Assembly (NCBI GenBank): GCA_964016885.1
Contig: OZ024742.1
Coordinates: 283,650,001 to 283,714,000 of the forward strand
Direction of reading: 5' to 3'
DNA: 64,000 bases
Source: Eledone cirrhosa
Taxonomy: Eukaryota
Positions 1 through 12,304 of this stretch are shown here, piece after piece. A model generated the notes under the pieces. That model had not been told where the DNA came from, did no database searches, and saw only the letters and a program-made list of their open reading frames with translations. The stretch's first letter is position 1; the number at the start of each line of letters is the position of its first letter. The translations under genes and the position numbers were made by a program.

Positions 1-2289
1 GGTTTTCGGAACATAAAAATATGAAGGCCGTTTTTTAAAAGGTATAATTTTTTTAAAAAAAGTTAGAGAAGAATTTGAAAAATAATCCAGTGCCGAATTA
101 TAAACTTAATCCCATGTATTAAATTGGTATTTTCATAATGATTTAGAAAATTATTCACTTTATAATATTCACAATAGTTTTAACTAGATAACCAACAGAC
201 ACACATTATAACAAAACTAAAAGTTCTGCAACCAGCTAATAGATATTTTGAAGTGAAGGAGACCATATTAATCAAGATTTGGTCTGGATAATTTATTCCA
301 TTGTTTAAACTATTTGTAGGTTTACAATAATTTATTCCAAGTTGCAACTATGCACTGACCTGTGTTTACATCTGTCATTTTATCAAAGCAATTCTTATTT
401 TCGTTATTTTGTGATGCTACACATATTTAACAAGGAATCGCTTCTATAATAATATAATTCTTTTATTTGTTTCACACAAACTACATATTTCTAATCTTTC
501 AGTGGTCAGATGCGAAAGTAAGGCTTTGGTTATCTGTATATTTAGATTTATCACTTAGTTAGTTCTCTACTATCAGTAATGTCAAAAATTTTCCCAATGT
601 CTTTTGTTTGACAATGTCCTCACATTTCTACATCTATCACATCTAACTACACCAAATGCTGAAGAAAGATATTAGAAAAACAGTAAGTTGTACAAATATA
701 TCTCTATTACGACCTAACTTTGGTTGATTGCATTGACGTACAATGAGAAAACTTTATATTAGTCTACAAATCTATAAAATAGCTTGTGTTGTTATTTTGG
801 GGATTCACTAATGACATTTTCAAACAAATACTTCTAAAGACATAAATCGGTGGACGCTAATATAGTTTCGTTTTTCGCGTGTCACCTAACGATTTCGCTT
901 TTTACATTTGTTTCTGTTTCTTGTCTAACTACACTAGTTACACATAAAATATAACATTTCTTTTAAAAAAAAAACATTTATGACTCAGTCAATGTAGAAA
1001 GGTCAATACCCATAACCTTTTCCAGGACCTCCTGGAATGATTGCAGGAAATTATTCCCTCATCGGAGACTCTCCTAATGCTTCCATCTGAGGGTCAGGTG
1101 ACGTAAAAGTGCATGGCCTAGTGGTTAGGTTTTGGACTTACGATCATATGGTTGTGAGTTCGATTTCTTGACCGAGCGACGCGTTGTACCCTTGAGTAAG
1201 ACGCTTCATTTCATGTTGCTCCAGTTCATTCAAATGTGGGGTGGGGAATGAGTACCACCAGCAGCAGCTGGGAGTCAACCCTTTCAATGGACTGGTGTTT
1301 GGTCGAGTGGGATAGGGTGAGGTGAGCTTATCGTGACATGATTGGGGCCCCTATCATTAAAACACCCGATAAATTTCTTATCTGATGCAGCCTCAGAGGA
1401 GGTCAGTTAAACGTATATATATATAAGCAGCTACAAAAAAAAAAAAAAAGGAAGATGGTTGTGTGATGTCACTCCACCAAATAGGTCACCACTCAAGAAC
1501 AGGAACAGCCCTTCTGTCGGTCATCCAGTGCTTTGGCAACATTAAGCTATGGTAACAAACACTTGACCAAAGTACCACGCAATGGGAACAAATTCAATTC
1601 CACATAGTTGCGAAATGAATTTCTTAATCATGCAACCATTGACGGATATCAAAGGATAAAAATCAACCCCACCTCACCATCCCTTTCTCGAAACATATCC
1701 TGAGCAGTATTAACCCATGACCGAGCCACTAGATTTTCAGGTTTTTCGGGCGCACACTGACACTTAAATATTTTGCTCCACTACAACTCCCAAACATTGA
1801 TCAGCTAGTCCTTGCGTGACCCTACTCTGCTCTCCAGGTTTCATCCTAGTCAGTCTTATAATTAATATGGGTATGTTTAAATTAATTATCGAAAGTAAAT
1901 ATAAATTATTTTCCTAAAAAGTACCTGCTTTTTTGTTGTAAATCTTTACTTTTTAAATTTTTTAAATTTGTGAATTTCTTTTTGATACTGTCCTGCTGTT
2001 CTCTCACAACCTACTGCTTGCAGTCAATTGCCACCCACCAATAAATTAGCTCAATGAAGCAGTTGGCTATGAGTCCCAGAAGAAAAAAATGAATCTTGCC
2101 CAAGGCCCCAATAAAACTTGGTTGTTTCATTAAATTGCATTATATTGCCAGCTTTTTCCTTTCACTTTAATTCAGTTTTTAAAGTAAAACATACCCCAAA
2201 TTAGGAAAACAATTTTTACAAAATATATTTCTATGAGGAAACAAGATGACTCTGTCAATGTTGGTACAGTATAAGTGCTTTGTTCTGTA

Positions 2290-2945
2290 TTATACGGATT
2301 TTCAAAATAAGCCGCTCTCCAGCTATCTATTTAAGGCTGTACATGGCTATGGTGCGGCCACACTTAGAATTTGCATCACCAGTCTGGAACCCCTATCTTG
2401 CTCAGAACATTGACCGCCTGGAAACTGTTCAGAGACGTGCAACCAAGCGAATACCCTCCATCGGGCATCTATCATACTCTGAGCGCCTTGCTTCCCTGGG
2501 CATGGATACATTGAAGCTCCGACGCCTGGCAACTGACTTGGTAAACATCCACAAAATTGTTAACCATCTTGCTAACAACAACCCTGAGTACCTTTTTGAT
2601 TTCCATGTGTCTAACACACGTGGGCATGCCCACAAAGTCAGAAAACAGCACAGTTCCCATGACTTTCGGAAACATTTTTTCACGCTCAGAGTTGCTGAAG
2701 CATGGAACAAACTACCTGCATCGGTTGTTAGCTGTCGAGACACTGCATCCTTTAAGGCCTCCATGCTTCCCTAGATCTGCCAACACTACACCTAATGTTC
2801 CCCCTCCATACACATACACACATGTATACCATGACTCATACACTATTCACTTCCCTGACATTTGTGTATTATTCTATGTACTATACATACACCTTTGACG
2901 AGTTGCACCTGAGCACTTTACACAATAATTTCATTATTATTATTA
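2290..2945 (+). mobile_element. CR1-clade LINE 3' fragment (post-RT C-terminal region, 3'UTR and (ATT)n tail)
   Basis: ORF 2280-2774 carries VRPHLEFASPVWNP...LETVQRRATK...TRGH..K...RKHFFTLRV..AWNKLP, typical of CR1 ORF2 C-termini; ends in tttcattattattatt. Confidence 0.85.
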
Positions 2946-3149
2946 AGCACCTTTCTTCATAACTAATTTTTTGGTAGGGGGAGGAGGATTTCTTTGGATT
3001 TCTGTTTAACCCTTTAGCATTTACATTACTCTATATTTACTATCATATTCTTGTAGTCAAGGCTTTATCACACATAATTATCTCTCATAATATCGAATCT
3101 ATGAGATTTTGATATTATTTATTTTGATAACAATACCTTAACATCACTA

Positions 3150-3790
3150 TGAGTGGCCAGTTAAGGCCGATTTGAACTCAGCATAAAGGTCCGTAACTAA
3201 ATGCTGCAAAGCATGTTGCCCGATGCCGTAATGATTCTGCTAATCTACTACCATCACTATAATAATAATAATAATTGTTTCTACTTTAGGCACAAGGCCA
3301 GCAATTTTGGGGGAGAGGAAAGTCAATTAAATCGACCCCAGTGCATTACTGGTGCTAAATTTGATCGACTTTGTAAGGATGAAAGGCAAAGCTAACCTCG
3401 ACAGGATTTGAACTCAGAATATAAAGGGCTGTAACTAAATGCCTCAAAGCATGTTGTCTGACGCTCTACTAATACTGCCAATCCACTGCCCTCTATAATA
3501 ATTGTTTCTACTTTAGGCACAAGGCCAACAGATTGAAGGGGAGGGGAAAGTCGATTAAATCAGCCCCAGTGAATTTGGTGCTTTATTTTATCGACCCTGT
3601 AAGGATGAAAGGCAAGGCTATATATAATAATAATAATAATTGTTTCTACTTGAGGCACAAGGCCAGCAATTTTTGTGGGAGGGGAAAGTCGATTAAATCG
3701 ACCCCAGTCAATTACTGGTGCTTTATTTTCTCAACCCTGTAAGGATGGAAGGCATAGTTAACCTTGGCAGTATTTGAACTCAGACCATAA
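3150..3790 (-). mobile_element. Three tandem copies of a tRNA-derived SINE (family B)
   Basis: Repeated blocks ttgtttctactttaggcacaaggccagc...aaggatgaaaggcaa...gatttgaactcagaa, each preceded by (aat)n; same family as 19060-20400. Confidence 0.7.
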
Positions 3791-4145
3791 AGGCGCAGTT
3801 AAAGATGATGGTGAAAGAACTGAAAGCCAAGGGTTAGTGAGTGGGGATGCAAGCAATAGGACAAAATGAAGATGCTTGTCATGGTGCCTGCAAGGCTAAT
3901 GCCTATTTTAGCAGGGAGCATGGCCTTAAAATGCTTGTTATTGTTGTCTCAAATATCTTATAATACTGTTTTATAATTTCAGGGAATTTTACACCAAAGA
4001 TATGTAAAGAAATTAAAGAGGAATATGAAAGTCTAAAGAATGGCATTATCATGAAGATATGTGACTTTAATTTCTATAACCTTGAAGTAATTTATGAAAT
4101 CATAAAGAAAAGATTTACATTTATATTTAATGAACAACAGACAAC

Positions 4146-6368
4146 ATGGCAGAGATTTTATGTAAGAGTCAGATTCATGATGAAATAACATCTGATAATA
4201 CAGGCTTATCTCATGAGACAAAATCTGATAACACAGGTTTATCTCATGAAACAAAATCTGATAATACAGGCTTATCTCATGAAACAAAATCTGATAATAC
4301 AGGTTTATCTCATGAGACAAAATCTGATAATACAAGCTTATCTCATGAGACAAAATCTGATGATACAGGTTTATCTCATGAGAAAAAATCTGATAAAGAT
4401 TTATCTCTGGAGACACGGTTAGATATAAGAAAGAAATTCTACACGTGTGACATATGTCTACTAATATTCTCTGATATTGGAAGTCTGACCAATCACAAAT
4501 ATATCCACTCAGATAAAAAACCATACCTATGTAATGTTTGTGGTAAATCGTTCTCTGAGAGTTCAAAGCTAAATCGACATAAATGTACACACACAGGTGG
4601 GAAACCATACCACTGTGATATCTGTGGTAAAAGATTTTCACAGAAAACTAATTTAACACGTCACAAACATGTACACACAGAAGAAAAACCATGCCAGTGT
4701 GATGTCTGTGGTAAAACTTTTACAACAGTCGGAAATTTAACATCTCATAGATGTATTAATTCAGAGGAGAAATCCCATGAATGTGATATTTGTGGTAAGA
4801 CATTTTCCAAAAGTAAAATATTAACTATCCATAAACGTATTCACATGGATGAGAAACCATTCCACTGTGATGTATGTGGTAAAACATTCTCTCAAAGTGG
4901 ATATTTAACTTATCATAAACTTATTCACACAGGAGAGAAACCATACCGCTGTGATATCTGTAATAAAACATTTTCTCGGAATGATTATTTGAAACGTCAT
5001 GTACGTGTTCATACTGGGGAAAAGCCATACGAATGTGACATCTGTGGTAAAACATTCTCTGGAAGTGGAAATTTAACTTGTCATAAACGTATCCATACAG
5101 GCAGTAAACCATATCACTGTGATATTTGTGATAAATCATTTTCAACAACTGGAAGTTTAACTTCTCATAAACGCGTTCATTCAGGTGAGAAACCATACCA
5201 GTGTGATATCTGTTATAAGGCATTCTCTCAAAATGGACAGTTAACTAATCACCGGACTGTTCACACAGGTGAGAAACCATACCACTGTGATGTCTGTGGT
5301 AAAAGATTTTCTATAAGTGGAGATCTAACTCGCCATAAACGTATCCACACTGGTGATAAGCCTTATCAGTGTGATATCTGTCGTAAAAGGTTCTCTGGAA
5401 TTGAAAATTTAACTACTCATAAACGTATTCACATAGGTAAGAAACTGCACCAGTGTGATATTTGTAGTAAAATATTTGCTCGGAGGAGATATTTAGTTAT
5501 TCACAAGCGTATTCATACAGGTGAGAAACCATACCACTGTGCTCTCTGCGGTAAGACATTCTCCCGAAAGGAGTATTTAACATTTCACAAATGTATTCAC
5601 ACAGGGGAAAAATCATATCAATTTGATATCTATGGTGAGACATTCACAAAAAATTCTGAGTTAAATTATCACAAACATGTTACCACAGGGGAGAAATCAT
5701 ACCAGTGTAATATTTGTGGTAAAGCATTCACACATAATTTAGTGTTAACTATTCATAAACGTACTCACACTGGTGAGAAACCATACCAATGTGATATATG
5801 TGGTAAAACATTCGCGATAAGTGGAAATTTATCTTCTCATAAACATAGCCATCTGGATAAGAAACCTTATCAATGTGATGTTTGTCGTAAAACATTTTCT
5901 GAAAGTGGTGACTTAACTAATCATCAAAGTGTTCACACAGGTGAGAAACCATACCACTGTGATGTTTGTGGTGAAACATTCTCTCAAAGGGGTGATTTAA
6001 ATTTACATAAACATATTCACACTGGTGAAAAACCTTACAATTGTGATACCTCTGATAAAGACATTGCTGTAACTGAACATTTTTTAACTGCTGAGAAACA
6101 TATTTATACAGGTGAACAACTACATCAATGTAATACCTGCGGTAAAGTATTTGCACAAAAGAGAAATTTAATTAGGCACAAACACATTCACACAGGTGGT
6201 AAACTGTACCAGTGTGATACATGTGGTAAGAAATTCTCCCGAAATGAGTATTTAACACTTCACAAACGGATTCACACAGGAGAAAAACCATATCAATGTG
6301 AGATCTGTGGTAAAGCATTCTCGGTAAAGAATAGTTTAACCTGTCATAAACGAGTCCACATGGTATAG
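4146..6368 (+). CDS. Multi-C2H2 zinc-finger protein (740 aa; 23 finger units, about 20 canonical), single coding exon
   Basis: Tandem CxxC-x12-HxxxH with TGEKPY linkers. Units 4, 15 and 20 are degenerate. An upstream acceptor (tttcag|g at 3982/3983) suggests non-coding upstream exon(s). No KRAB/ZAD/BTB domain is recognisable. Confidence 0.95.
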   Translation: MAEILCKSQIHDEITSDNTGLSHETKSDNTGLSHETKSDNTGLSHETKSDNTGLSHETKSDNTSLSHETKSDDTGLSHEKKSDKDLSLETRLDIRKKFYTCDICLLIFSDIGSLTNHKYIHSDKKPYLCNVCGKSFSESSKLNRHKCTHTGGKPYHCDICGKRFSQKTNLTRHKHVHTEEKPCQCDVCGKTFTTVGNLTSHRCINSEEKSHECDICGKTFSKSKILTIHKRIHMDEKPFHCDVCGKTFSQSGYLTYHKLIHTGEKPYRCDICNKTFSRNDYLKRHVRVHTGEKPYECDICGKTFSGSGNLTCHKRIHTGSKPYHCDICDKSFSTTGSLTSHKRVHSGEKPYQCDICYKAFSQNGQLTNHRTVHTGEKPYHCDVCGKRFSISGDLTRHKRIHTGDKPYQCDICRKRFSGIENLTTHKRIHIGKKLHQCDICSKIFARRRYLVIHKRIHTGEKPYHCALCGKTFSRKEYLTFHKCIHTGEKSYQFDIYGETFTKNSELNYHKHVTTGEKSYQCNICGKAFTHNLVLTIHKRTHTGEKPYQCDICGKTFAISGNLSSHKHSHLDKKPYQCDVCRKTFSESGDLTNHQSVHTGEKPYHCDVCGETFSQRGDLNLHKHIHTGEKPYNCDTSDKDIAVTEHFLTAEKHIYTGEQLHQCNTCGKVFAQKRNLIRHKHIHTGGKLYQCDTCGKKFSRNEYLTLHKRIHTGEKPYQCEICGKAFSVKNSLTCHKRVHMV
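4191..4418 (+). repeat. Coding 33-bp minisatellite (11-aa SDNTGLSHETK x6 plus 1 degenerate unit)
   Basis: Repeats of tctgataatacagg(c/t)ttatctcatga(g/a)acaaaa, in frame at the ZNF N-terminus. Confidence 0.95.
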
Positions 6369-9274
6369 AAACCAAAGAGTGCAGGCCTGGCCATGTGGTT
6401 AAGAAGTTCACTTTACAATCATGATTCTGAGTTAGATTCCACTGCTTGGCACATTGGTCAGATGTCTTCTGCCATAGCCTTAAACTGACCTTGTCTGATG
6501 AGTGAAACAGTGCAGAGGACTTGGATAGACCATACGTGGTGTTGGAGGGGGGGTGCACTTAGTTCAAAGCTCAGTTCAGCACCACTACCCCACCAGTCGG
6601 TGAATTATTAGAGTCGTTTGAACATAGAGTAAAATACCTTGTGGTATTTGTTCCAGTTCTCTGCACTCTGAGTTCAAAACCTGCTGAGGTCAACTTTGCC
6701 TATCATCCTTTTGGGGGTTGCTAAATAAAGTACCAATCTTAAAGGGTGGATTGGCTGTGTTAGACGATCAGATGGGATGCTTTGCTGTACCTGTTCTGAC
6801 TCTACTTTCTAAAATCAAATCCTACTGCCTATCACTGGAAAAATGTGACATCATAGAACATTAAAATACCCCTAAAAACCTATGAGATATAATCTCATAG
6901 TCTGCCGACTAAACTTAGACATGTGTGAGCAATAATAACAACCTGAACCTTGGTAAAATTGAAATGAAAGTTACAGCTCACACCTATGCAGGTTTAGCAG
7001 GTCTCCTGCAAGGTTGTATCTCATAGGAGGTTTCTAGGGTGTCTTAGTGACAGGGGCCCTAGTCTGATCATGCAAAGCAATATGAAATAAAGCATCTTGC
7101 TTAAAAACACAATGCACTGCCTGTTCCAGAAATCAAAACCTTATGATCGTGAGTCCAAAGCCATAACCACCAAGTCACACAGCTTCACATGGTAAAATTA
7201 TTTTAGAGAAATTTACATTCTTCCAGTAGTTTAAAGTCTTCCATCTTAAAATAACAAACGTTGGCAGCTTTTACATTAACTTTGTTCAGAGCCCTCCATA
7301 GCATTGTGTTTTAAAACTAAAATTGTATGTGTCACTATAACTATTAATGTGGTCAAATTTTATTGTAAATTATAAAATTTGATATTAATTCTAATTGTCC
7401 TGTACCACATGAAATTATATTAGCAAGACATTCTTGAAAAGTACAAAACAACACTATGACTGCATCATATTAAAAATTAAAGTCTTTACTATAATACTAT
7501 AATTTTTCACAATCTGTTCTCTAGCAAAAAATACTATAAACATTTGAATTAAGAAACCTGTTTTTAGATATTTTCTGCTAAATCATTACAGGATGTTAAG
7601 AGTTAAAACTTGATATAAATGTTTTGTAAATATATGGTTGTTAGGCAGTTCATCTGAAATACAGAACTAGAAGAAAAAAGAACCATTTCATCAGATTACA
7701 TCTACAATAATAAATATTTGAATTTTTGAAAATGGTATTTTGATGTAAGAGTTGTCCTTCTAAATCTTGTCTCTCGTAAAATATTGTCTTTAAAAATATA
7801 AAATGCCAAAGAAACTATAATGTAAAGTATCGAGAATAAATAAAATGTTTGAAATTTTTTTGAAAATACAATGTATATATCAATGTTTGCTTTATTTTGT
7901 AAAAAGAAAAAATGATTTGCATTTGTTATTTAAATTTTGACTTCATAAAAATGTAGATAACTACAAGATTTTCAGGAGTTTTATAAATCTCTGAATGAAA
8001 CAGTATTTATGCTCAAATCATTCCTAGATAGAATTTCACATGGAATACATTATCTCTTGTTAAATTAAAAATAGATATATTGAATATAAGACATGTAATT
8101 AATAAAGTTGTTAGAGCGTCATATAGAATATTTTGCAATGTTTGTTCTGACTCACTACACACCGAGTTCAAATACTGCCAAAGCTCACTTTGCCATTCAT
8201 CTTTTTGAGATTAATAAAGATCCAACTGATTGCAGCCTTCTCTCCTTCTTGCTGTCTCAAGTGTGGAATAGTTGAGGTGGGTGTCTGTATCTACAGAGGC
8301 CCCTAAAAACCCTTTCATACTACCAAATCATCCTCAAGTGTGAGTGACAGCCTTAGTTTTTTTCTATTAAATAATATGGGACTTCTTTTGAGTTGAGTAC
8401 TGTTTTAACACTTTCATTATCATATTTCTAATGAAAGACTGCCTATGATTTTCAAATAATTTTGAATATAAGAATTTGGAGGGATTTAGTAATATAACTA
8501 ACTTTCTTATTAAGTTGGTGTTTGGAATGTAACTTAAAGGTTCTTACATTAAATTATATATTTAAATTTTAACATGAACACTTTAAAATAACTGACTTTA
8601 TATCATAAAACCAGGGGCAGTTTGGTATCATAAGAATTAGATAGTGTTACATATTTCTCTGGGATGGCCTATTTAGATAAGGATGTGAAGATAAAAAGAT
8701 ATAATATAATGAACAGTCTAGTATTTCTGTTGCAAGCTTCAGACTGATTCTGAAGATAGAGCAGAGTCTTAGCTAGACATTTATTATCATCATCAACATC
8801 ATACATTAACATCTGCTTTCCCTGCTAAGCAGGGTTGGTAACAGGGAAAGCAAATGTTAATGTAGGGGCTTGCATTTCGCTTACTTATGTTCGCACACTC
8901 TACCAAGTGCTCAAACAGGCTGGAGACATATGTTCCCATGCTCTTCCAAGTACATTTTATTATAGCACTAGTGAGGTTGTCATATGTTTGACACAGCTAA
9001 AGAGTTGTATCACCAATCACTTTACAAATGGATGATCTAATTAATTGGTAGGTTTACCAACATTGGGTAATGCAATTAATTACTATTGAAAGCAGGCAAA
9101 GCTACAGATCCACCAATAACAGTCACTGGAAAGCTGAAATCATTAGATTGTGTGTGTACAGGTCTAATTTAGTTAATCAGTAAGTAAAGGAAGATGATGA
9201 ATAGAAAAGGGCTGAGAATAGAACCCAATTGAATGCCCATCCATATATAACATTATTGTTTATACACTATAAAG

Positions 9275-9460
9275 GGCAACTTGAGAGATTTCAAACTTCT
9301 GTATTGTCATTGTGGTCTTCTGCATGACAAGACAAATCATTGCAAGACAGCTGAAAGAACATAGCTGGCTGCACATATACCATCTTTTGGAAGATAAAAC
9401 TATCTGATGAATAACACATATGGAGTAGGCTTTGTAATTGACAATGCTCTGGTTGACAAG
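9275..9460 (+). mobile_element. Degraded RTE-type AP-endonuclease fragment
   Basis: Broken frame resembling LERF...TYTIFWK...YGVGFVI.N.LV.KL of RTE endonuclease domains. Confidence 0.4.
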
Positions 9461-9969
9461 CTAGTTTTCAGTTTTCATTTCAAATTATTATGTTGTTGAA
9501 AACTGGCACCACACTTTGACTTTCATGTATAGAAGCTTCATTATTGTGAAAAATGGTTATGAGCAGCTATTAGGACTAGCATTAGGAGGTTTGTGGCCCA
9601 ATTATGTATTACATATATATTGCAACATCTTGTGTGTACTTGATGAGGCAAGCATAGATTACTGTAGCCCCCTTTAGCATTAGCCCCAGCTTCCAGTGGG
9701 CTTAAATTTGACACTTCACAGAACTTCAAATTTTTCCAAATCAAATACTTGGGGGAGATCAAAGAAAACCATATATAAAGGTTTGTGCTGCTCATGGCAT
9801 TTCTCATGAAGCTGGTGTGCACAGAAGATCATATCAATAGTTTCTCTTGAACATCAAAAGCCACATTGAGATTCAGGTAGATGAGTCTGATTGTTGGCTG
9901 AGTCACTTGAGACATATTGTCTCTTTTAAGAGACAAATTTGCAGTCGGATAGAATACTTTGCATTGTTC

Positions 9970-10135
9970 AAATTCTAATGAGGCTAACTAGATTGTCCAG
10001 AGTTGATGGGAATGGACCAGATGGTCTTACCCTTTATCCCTGGATAAGAGATAGGTGTTTCATTTGGGACACCACAGTCAGTTATTCTTTTGCATTTTAC
10101 CACATTCTGGATGCTGCTGTAAATAGAGAGCGAAG
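9970..10135 (+). mobile_element. CRE-like non-LTR retrotransposon fragment (restriction-like endonuclease region)
   Basis: LSRVDGNGPDGLTLYPW..DRCFIWDTTV matches the RPDG.T..PW..G....WD motif; related copy at 42695-43125. Confidence 0.7.
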
Positions 10136-10360
10136 TGTTGCCATTAATGGCAGTAGTGCAACCAACGAAAAACAAAGTCAGGCCAGTGCTGGACTTTCGT
10201 AAATGGAATGAACACGTGTCATGTCACACAGGCAGAGAGGTCATAGATGTCTGCAAGGGAAACCTTGTGAGAGTGGAGAGAAATGACGAGGGCCTCCCTG
10301 ATTGTCGGCTTAAAGTTGGCATATCTGCAGCTACACATAGCTGAGAAACTGTGAAAGTAT
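10135..10360 (+). mobile_element. Gypsy-like LTR retrotransposon RT fragment (frameshifted)
   Basis: PLMAVVQPTKNKVRPVLDFRKWNEHV, then a shifted LKLAYLQL-like segment; resembles LTR-RT motifs R..LDFR.LN and DL..AY.Q. Confidence 0.55.
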
Positions 10361-10569
10361 CAGCTGAACATCTGGTGAACATGTGCACAGGGAGATTCAG
10401 TCCAGACATGTGTGAAGATGCAAAGGTAGGTCCCTTCACTTCCTACTGCAGTTTTGAATTAATATTTTCTTTTGTTTTAATTCTATATTTTTAGGTGAAA
10501 TATTTAAGTGATTAAGTATTGTTTATATTATTTGTGTGTATATTTTCATTCTGTAAGAATTAATTCCCA

Positions 10570-10870
10570 ACAGTCAGTGGCTCTTTGGCTCTCTTACTCA
10601 TTATGGACGCCGTGGTAAATGTGAGCCTCAATGCATCCGTTGCCGAACGGAATAAAAACCGAAAAATACGGGGAACTACCAAACAATTATTTTTTCCAGC
10701 CTGTGGTGTTCGAGACGTTTAGTGGGTTGGGCCGCTGACAGCGAAGTTCTTGTCATCGTTGGCGGCTCGCCTTACTGAGGTGTTAGGTGATGCCCGTGAA
10801 GGTGCCTGGCTGTTTCGGTGCCCTAGCCTCGCCATTACCTGTGGTAATGCTGCAGGCTTGCCTAAAAAAT
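10570..10870 (+). mobile_element. CRE-like non-LTR retrotransposon C-terminal fragment
   Basis: Frameshifted KYGELPNNYFFQPVVFETF.GLGP.TAKFLSSLAARL.EV.GDAREGAWLF...SLAI..GNAA. Confidence 0.7.
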
Positions 10871-11374
10871 TTCCGTTGACTCTTGTGATGTACGGCCGAT
10901 TGTCGCACTTGGTGGTGAATTGATGGTCGTTTTTGGTTTTGCCACCCACCTCCTTTTTCTTTCTCGCGCTCTGGTTATATATTTTGGTGCGTTATGTTTG
11001 TGAGATTCCTAGCAATAGTTAATTGTATTTAATACAATTTGTTTATGTTTTCTTGCTGAAAGAATTGTGATCAATTTGTAATGTTATTTATACAACTGTG
11101 AATAAAATTTCTTTATTGTAATAAAAAAAATCAGTAAGTTCACAACGGTTCATAAATTGTATTAAATGCTATTGAATTTACTTCAAAAGCTAAAATAAAT
11201 TAAATATAATAGAACTAACTAACTTTACTGTTATTATTTTTTTTTTCGAGCTGGTGGTATCTCTGGGTAATCTGCCCCACCCACTCCCTTCTCGTTCATA
11301 ATTCAACAAGGTTTTTTCAGTTTTTTGTTAACATTTTATAGACCATGTGGTTGTGTTCGTTGTAAATATACACA

Positions 11375-11433
11375 ACAGCGACGTCATTAATGTGTAAACG
11401 TCATCAAATAATGCATAAAACGCAAAAACAAAC
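11375..11433 (+). promoter_or_regulatory. Putative THOC1 proximal promoter / 5'UTR with two ACGTCA (ATF/CREB-like half) sites
   Basis: gacgtca at about 11380 and aacgtca at about 11397, locally CpG-richer, just upstream of the ATG; the TSS cannot be determined. Confidence 0.3.
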
Positions 11434-11484
11434 ATGTCGTCTTCCATGGAGTTTGACTTCAGGATAGCTCGGAATGACTTCGGG
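11434..11484 (+). CDS. THOC1: THOC1 coding exon 1 ([17 protein letters not shown])
   Basis: aacATG start, donor GGG|gtatgt, phase 0 fits exon 2. Confidence 0.75.
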
Positions 11485-12128
11485 GTATGTTATTTTGTGA
11501 ACGTTTCCATGTAAAAATTCCTGCAGGAAATATCGTTCTCATTTTTAATTTAACGTGTATTGCATTCTTTACAGTGATGAATTTGTGGCCTTCATTCGTT
11601 TATTGTTAATATTGAAACCACCATCATTCAAAACTTCTTTGATGCCGGTTATCCTATTGGGACCAGTGTCAGTTCATAAACAAATAGACGCCTGTAATTT
11701 CTTTCGTTTAGTAACTCAACTATCCCGAAAGTATCACCGATGATCCTTCGTTTTAGGTAGAAGCAATGTAAACACCAACTCCGACATTTTCCTGACCGAA
11801 ATTGCGCATTTCATTTTAAACCTTTTTTTTTTTTTTTTTTTTTTTACTAATGAGTCAAATTGATCCATCGTGCAGAAGTAATTTGTACACTATTGATTTG
11901 TATATGTGAATTACGAATGTTATATTTATAAAAAAGAAGGAAATGTTACGACATGCATGACGGAAAGGAAATATCAGAACATGCATGAATACCAAATCTC
12001 TTTTCCACGTATTTGCACGATAAGTTTGACGTTTTACTACAATGAAATATATAGGTAAATTTAAATTTACCAATATATATATATATATAAGAGAGTGAAA
12101 AAAACTAATTAACGTTTTTAGAGTCACG

Positions 12129-12195
<67 letters not shown>

Positions 12196-12239
12196 CGTGA
12201 CTCTAAAAACGTTAATTGGTTTTTTTTTCCCTCTCTTTG

Positions 12240-12304
<65 letters not shown>

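Noticed and set aside
503-682. Possible upstream non-coding ZNF exons (ag|tggtcag...aaa|gtaagg; aca|gtaagt)
   Set aside because: Splice-like signals alone cannot support exons without transcript data.
4033-6156. Minus-strand ORFs overlapping the ZNF gene
   Set aside because: Antisense shadows of the repetitive zinc-finger and 33-bp coding repeats.
6495-6508. CTGATGA-GT-GAAAC hammerhead-like string
   Set aside because: No helix II and no helix I pairing; lies in a decayed SINE.
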